Source: an uncultured Clostridia bacterium
Lineage (GTDB): Bacteria; Bacillota; Clostridia; Christensenellales; UBA1242
Direction of reading: 5' to 3'
Assembly: GCA_947630745.1 (NCBI GenBank)
Contig: CANRIT010000002.1
Coordinates: 36,474 to 100,473, forward strand
Length of the DNA: 64,000 nt
The notes below the pieces were generated by a model. It was not told the origin of the DNA and ran no database searches. It saw nothing but the letters and a program-made list of their open reading frames with translations. The stretch's first letter is position 1, and every line of letters starts with the position of its first letter. Shown piece by piece: positions 59,414 to 64,000 of the stretch. The position numbers and the translations under genes were made by a program.

Positions 59414-61258
59414 ATAAAAAAGTTTTCCGCGTTAATTATATGCTTTTTGTTTATTGTTGCGTGCACGCTGTCTGGTTGCGCGGGTTTTTATCGTGACGAA
59501 GTTAAATATCAAAACCGCACGGTTATAAAGGTTGGCGACTATGCCATCACCCAATTTGACCTTGATTCAGCGTACAGAAACGCAAATTATGACCAATATG
59601 TCCGCATCGGCTATATGACCGAGGCAGATGCGCGTGAGCAAGTTAAAACTTCGCTTGTTGACGGATACATTTTGTACCAGCAAATAAAGGATAACATAAC
59701 TTTAACACCAACCGTTTACCAGCTTAACGAAATTGCAAAAAATGTGGTTGACAGCGCAATAAGTCAAATGGCGGACTATCTATCCCAAGCGCGCAAAATC
59801 TACAAGGTTGACGCCCCGCAAGAAGATAGCGAAACAGAAGATTCTTCCACCAAATACTCGCGCAACAACTATCAAAAATATTCGCACCGCGCAACGCTTA
59901 AAAAGGTTGGAGAAGAATATGTTATTGAATACAACCTAGACAAATTCCCAACCCCAACGCTTGACGAGGCGGTTATTGACCAAACCATTTTAAACAACTT
60001 AAACAGCAACATTTCAAGTGCCACATATTTGCAACAGTATGTGTCCGCTATTAAGGAAAAGTTTTTGCAGCAACTTTACAACAGCGTAAAAGATGAGCAG
60101 CTGGTTTTGGGTGAAAGCAAAATTAATGTTGGCGAGCAGCTTGCCGACAAAGCCTTATCACTTTTGGTTGACGACTTGATTAATTACGAATATTATTTGC
60201 GCCAACAAAATCCAAAGCAGTACAACCTTTCAACTGACGATTTGTTGTATCGATTCTTCAAACGCAATGTGGATGGTCAAATTCAAAATCAATTTATAAC
60301 CAACCTTAGAAACGACTACCTATCCACCCACACCAACGAACTTAAACCAACCGAACTTTTGGCTGAGTGGAAAAATACAATCGAATTCAACAAGCAGTAT
60401 AACACCGACCAAGAGGGCTACAAATCCAAAATGCGCGGCATAAGCACGGATGGCGACAGCGTGTTGTATCACCCAGTTTTAGACGACTGCACACAATTTG
60501 GCTATTTCATCCACGCGCTGCTTACAAGTGAAGAGTTCACCAAAGAGGTTGAACGCATAAACGAAGAATATCCAGAAACGGATAGCGAACATAAATCTGC
60601 ACGCGAAACCGCACTTAATTCTGCCCTTTCGCTAATCAAAATTCAAGCGCGCGATGTGGACGGCAATTTGGCGGAAACAAAAACTGATTTAAGCACAATA
60701 ATTGATGAATACAACAGCATTGTTGCAAAATCAAATATGGATGTGCGCATAAGTGAATTTATAAACTTTATGTTTAAATATTCATCCGACCCGGGGCTGC
60801 TGTCTGGCGGAATGCCTTATGTGGTTGGCACAAACGGCAACAGTAATATGAATGAGCCATTTACCTTAGAGGCAGTCAACCTTATGACTGGCAAAACTGG
60901 CAACAAACTTAACACACCAAACCAATTTGACGGCAATATGTCGATATTCACCCGCGCTTCAAAATACGCCGACCTGTGCATTGCAAACAACAGCGATGGC
61001 AGCTATGGCATTCACCTAATTTTGTTTGTGGGCGATGTTAAAAATTATGATGTTGATTCAAGCGTGCTTACCCTTGCCGATTTAAACAAAACAATCAATC
61101 CGCTTACTAAGGAAACTTACTTTGACATGTTGTTTGACAAGGTTTATCCAGCAACCAGCGACACCGTGTTGTACTCTTCCAAAAACGGATATTCCGAATA
61201 CGAGTCAAACATAATTTCAGGCAGCGAACTTAAAAAGCAAGTTGTATATTATAAATAA
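59414..61258 (+). CDS. PrsA/SurA-like lipoprotein foldase (probable start is ATA at 59414)
   Basis: Position after mfd; lipobox LSGC; rotamase-like SSDPG..SGG..MNEPF..SYGIHLI; AGGAGG 5 nt before an in-frame ATA. Confidence 0.7.
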   Translation: MKKFSALIICFLFIVACTLSGCAGFYRDEVKYQNRTVIKVGDYAITQFDLDSAYRNANYDQYVRIGYMTEADAREQVKTSLVDGYILYQQIKDNITLTPTVYQLNEIAKNVVDSAISQMADYLSQARKIYKVDAPQEDSETEDSSTKYSRNNYQKYSHRATLKKVGEEYVIEYNLDKFPTPTLDEAVIDQTILNNLNSNISSATYLQQYVSAIKEKFLQQLYNSVKDEQLVLGESKINVGEQLADKALSLLVDDLINYEYYLRQQNPKQYNLSTDDLLYRFFKRNVDGQIQNQFITNLRNDYLSTHTNELKPTELLAEWKNTIEFNKQYNTDQEGYKSKMRGISTDGDSVLYHPVLDDCTQFGYFIHALLTSEEFTKEVERINEEYPETDSEHKSARETALNSALSLIKIQARDVDGNLAETKTDLSTIIDEYNSIVAKSNMDVRISEFINFMFKYSSDPGLLSGGMPYVVGTNGNSNMNEPFTLEAVNLMTGKTGNKLNTPNQFDGNMSIFTRASKYADLCIANNSDGSYGIHLILFVGDVKNYDVDSSVLTLADLNKTINPLTKETYFDMLFDKVYPATSDTVLYSSKNGYSEYESNIISGSELKKQVVYYK

Positions 61259-61386
61259 CCTTTTTAGGTTATTTTTTTTGAAATTTTTTATTTTTTTAAT
61301 AAAATTTAAACTTTTTTATTGTTTTTTATTTATTTTTTATAATAAATATTTTTTTTAAATAAAAAAAGTGGAGTGAGGTCCACTTT

Positions 61387-61989
61387 TTACTTATCGCCTA
61401 ATTTGATATAATCGTTAGGGTCAACAAGTTTGTTGTTCAGCTTCATTTCCAAATGCAGATGCGCGCCGGTTGACAATTCTTCCGCCATGCTGTCGCTAGT
61501 TTTGCCAATCACCTGTCCTGCGGTAACCGTTTGATTAAGTTGCACATTCAATTCTTTTGCAAGCGATTTGTACACGCTAACCAGCCCGTCTTGGTGAGTG
61601 ATTTCCACCACAGTGCCGTAAAGATAGGTATCTTCAATTTTGGTTACCGTGCCGTTTGCCACAGCCATAACATCCGCGCTTTCGCCAGTTACAAAATCAA
61701 TTGCCTTGTGAATGCGCCACTGCTTTAAGGTGTTGTTAAATTGAAGTTCGCTGCCCGAATAGTCTTTTGCGATGGTTGCGTCGTTAACTGGCAGAACAAA
61801 CACATCGTTGGCAACTGGGATGTCTGGCAATGGGTCGACATTGCCCGCTGGATTTTCAACCGAGCCGCCCCTAGAACGAGTTGCAAGTGCGATGGTAACT
61901 GCGCAAGCCAAAATCAAAAGTCCGATAAGTGCTGCGTAAATCAAATTAATAGCAATTTTTTTCCTTTGTTTGGTGTTTTTGTTGTTCAT
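61387..61989 (-). CDS. M23 peptidase-domain membrane protein (SpoIIQ-like)
   Basis: N-terminal TM helix; HKAIDF, YGTVVEITH, HLHLE. Confidence 0.85.
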   Translation of the reverse strand: MNNKNTKQRKKIAINLIYAALIGLLILACAVTIALATRSRGGSVENPAGNVDPLPDIPVANDVFVLPVNDATIAKDYSGSELQFNNTLKQWRIHKAIDFVTGESADVMAVANGTVTKIEDTYLYGTVVEITHQDGLVSVYKSLAKELNVQLNQTVTAGQVIGKTSDSMAEELSTGAHLHLEMKLNNKLVDPNDYIKLGDK

Positions 61990-62067
61990 ATCTTCCTCCC
62001 AAAATGATAGTTGACAGTTTTTTTGCATTTAAACAATAAACTTAAAAATTTTTTGCGCCGCATGGGC

Positions 62068-62481
62068 TTAATAGCTTCCCAAAATAAGTGGCCAACCAAC
62101 AATTGAATAGTCGTCATAGCAAGCGATTTGCAAATTCACCTTGCTGTCGTTAAACGATACCCCCGCGGGTATCTTGCTTGAATACGCGTAAATAATAGTT
62201 GCCGCGCCCACTTGCTCAGTTTTAACCACTTTTGCGGACAATTTTTTAATTGCGGCGGCTGGTTCAAAATTGTAAATTTTCATACTTTCGCCAATCGCCT
62301 CGTTTGACTTTACGCTGTCCATATAGCAACTGCCCAAATTTATGCTGGCGGAAGAAATTGGCGCGTTTGAATAGCAAAAATATTCGCCGCAAAAATAATT
62401 TTTTAAACTAAAACTTTTGTTGCCCGAATATGCGAACATCAAAACCGCAAACACCACAATAACTGCAAACAATTTTTTCAT
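62068..62481 (-). CDS. YwmB-like (TATA-box-binding-like) protein
   Basis: Signal-like N-terminus; YAYS...VNLQIA...VGWPLILGSY C-terminus. Confidence 0.75.
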   Translation of the reverse strand: MKKLFAVIVVFAVLMFAYSGNKSFSLKNYFCGEYFCYSNAPISSASINLGSCYMDSVKSNEAIGESMKIYNFEPAAAIKKLSAKVVKTEQVGAATIIYAYSSKIPAGVSFNDSKVNLQIACYDDYSIVGWPLILGSY

Positions 62482-62584
62482 ACCCAAATTGTTGCCAAAA
62501 ATGCTGATTTTAAACATTTAAACTTTAACAAAAATACATAAAAAAATTAACAAACAATTGTTAACTTTATCTAAATTTAAAATC

Positions 62585-62752
62585 TGTCGAAATTTTTTTA
62601 AGAAATGTCGAAAACTTATATTTTTTTTAACTTTTGTCTAAATGTATCTAATCTTTCTAATTTATGTCGAAATTTATTTATAATTTGTCGAAATATAAAA
62701 AGATTTTTATACTTTTGTCGAAATTATTTAAAATGTCGAAATATTTGTCGAA
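62585..62752 (+). promoter_or_regulatory. Cluster of seven TGTCGAA heptamers (Spo0A-box consensus)
   Basis: Copies at 62585, 62606, 62665, 62686, 62716, 62734 and 62746. Confidence 0.6.
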
Positions 62753-62758
62753 AGTTGG

Positions 62759-63688
62759 TTATAGTGAAAAGACATTATACAAATATAAATAGTTTAGCAA
62801 ATCGCCGCTAACCTTGCTGTAAATTTTTATCTTTTGCAAAATAAATTCAATCTGCTTTTTGTCCGCGCCGTCAACAAAATTCAAAATTGTTTCGCGCGTT
62901 TTTTGCCCCACTGCGGAAAGATATCTATAATTTAGTTGCACAATATTTTTAAACACGCTGTTGTTAGCCATGGCGTAAAACTTATCCACCAAATCGTAGT
63001 CCTCGCCCGCCGCCTTATACACATCCACCAGCTCGACATTGTTTGTGTGCAGGCTGGCAATCAAGCAGCAAAAGGCGGTCACAAGCAGATAGTCCACCAT
63101 CCCCAGCCATTTATATTCTAGCCCGCAAGCGCGCAAAACCAAAATGTCGAAAAACACCAAATTTTCTGGCGCGTCATTCACCATGCCTAAAATTTTTGAT
63201 TGCGTAATTTGGTCAATGTCGAAATCGAACTTAACCTGCCCCTCGTCCAAAAAAATCAAGTTGTTTAAATAGTTGTAGAAGTTGTTAAACATTCTGCTGC
63301 AAATTGCGTTTGCATCCAAATTGTTAGGTTTAACAAGCAAATATCTCACCGCGCGCGAAACACACCCATCCTTGTTTAAAAAATAAGGCAACACCGCGTT
63401 ATCCGTTGGCATAAAAACGCACACAAACTCATCCAAGTCAAGCGGGCAGCGCAAAAATCCGTCCGCCGTGCAAACAAAAATAACAAGTTTGTAGCCGTCA
63501 AAAAGTTGTTCAAAATTTTCGCCAACCGACATCTGGTTGAAAATGCACTCCCCCTTAACCGCGTTGTAAACATCCAAAAGTTGCGCATTGCCCACGCTGT
63601 TGTCGTAAACCAGCATCACCTTTTGGTATTTTGCGTGCTTGTCCACAATGTTCTTTAATTCAATAAGTTTTGCATCCAAAATTTCCAT
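62759..63688 (-). CDS. Hypothetical protein
   Basis: 309-aa ORF; no family recognised. Confidence 0.7.
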   Translation of the reverse strand: MEILDAKLIELKNIVDKHAKYQKVMLVYDNSVGNAQLLDVYNAVKGECIFNQMSVGENFEQLFDGYKLVIFVCTADGFLRCPLDLDEFVCVFMPTDNAVLPYFLNKDGCVSRAVRYLLVKPNNLDANAICSRMFNNFYNYLNNLIFLDEGQVKFDFDIDQITQSKILGMVNDAPENLVFFDILVLRACGLEYKWLGMVDYLLVTAFCCLIASLHTNNVELVDVYKAAGEDYDLVDKFYAMANNSVFKNIVQLNYRYLSAVGQKTRETILNFVDGADKKQIEFILQKIKIYSKVSGDLLNYLYLYNVFSL

Positions 63689-63811
63689 AAAAAGATTTTA
63701 TCAACTTTTCCGCCCCGCCCATAACAAAATTTTGCCATATTTTTTGTTAAAACCAACTTTTTTATCACATTTTTGCACTTTTAATTTTTTCCTTTTTCCC
63801 TAACTTTATTT

Positions 63812-63971
63812 TGTCGAAATCTCATTTTGTTATTTTTGTTGAAATCTCAATTTAATTTATATAAATCTATTTTATTTTTGTCGAATTACTAAACTAAATT
63901 GTTATTGTTATTTTGTCGAAATTATTAATAGATTTATTAATTGTCGAAATTGCTTAATTTGTTTTGTCGAA
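63812..63971 (+). promoter_or_regulatory. Second cluster of five TGTCGAA heptamers
   Basis: Copies at 63812, 63879, 63914, 63942 and 63965. Confidence 0.6.
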
Positions 63972-64000
63972 TTTTCTAACCGCCAAGACTAATTTTTGTT

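Overview
AT-rich chromosome segment of a probably spore-forming Clostridia-like bacterium (Bacillota; lineage inferred from gene content and the pth-mfd-prsA and ywmB-M23 synteny). The core backbone has mnmA, rpiB, pyk, tmRNA (ssrA), helD, tRNA-fMet, a U32 hydroxylase, a COG0523 GTPase, pth, mfd, a PrsA-like foldase and spoIIQ-like/ywmB-like genes. Accessory content is as follows. (1) A compact RiPP locus at 23.0-26.3 kb: a 34-aa Cys/Ser/Asp/Tyr-rich precursor missed by the ORF track, a stand-alone PqqD/RRE, a radical SAM/SPASM enzyme, and an S24/S26 peptidase fused to a second Cx4Cx2C radical SAM. (2) An island complex at the 3' end of tRNA-fMet (about 28.6-46.8 kb) with two extra copies of the tRNA 3' end, each inside a 174-bp self-complementary direct repeat. 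It carries HEPN/DUF262 defence-like genes, a MuF-like/DUF6883 toxin with a DUF4926 partner, a KAP NTPase, a seven-gene convergent enzyme cluster with its own MetRS, a 23-bp repeat mini-array and a large serine recombinase. (3) An ABC exporter plus 1362-aa Ig-like surface protein operon whose promoter has a G9 tract in the -35/-10 spacer. (4) Several structured non-coding elements: 189-bp inverted repeats starting right after stop codons, a candidate ncRNA, a mosaic repeat upstream of ssrA, a perfect GC-rich four-way junction after mfd, and clusters of TGTCGAA (Spo0A-box) heptamers. All calls come from reading motifs by eye; no database search or folding program was run.
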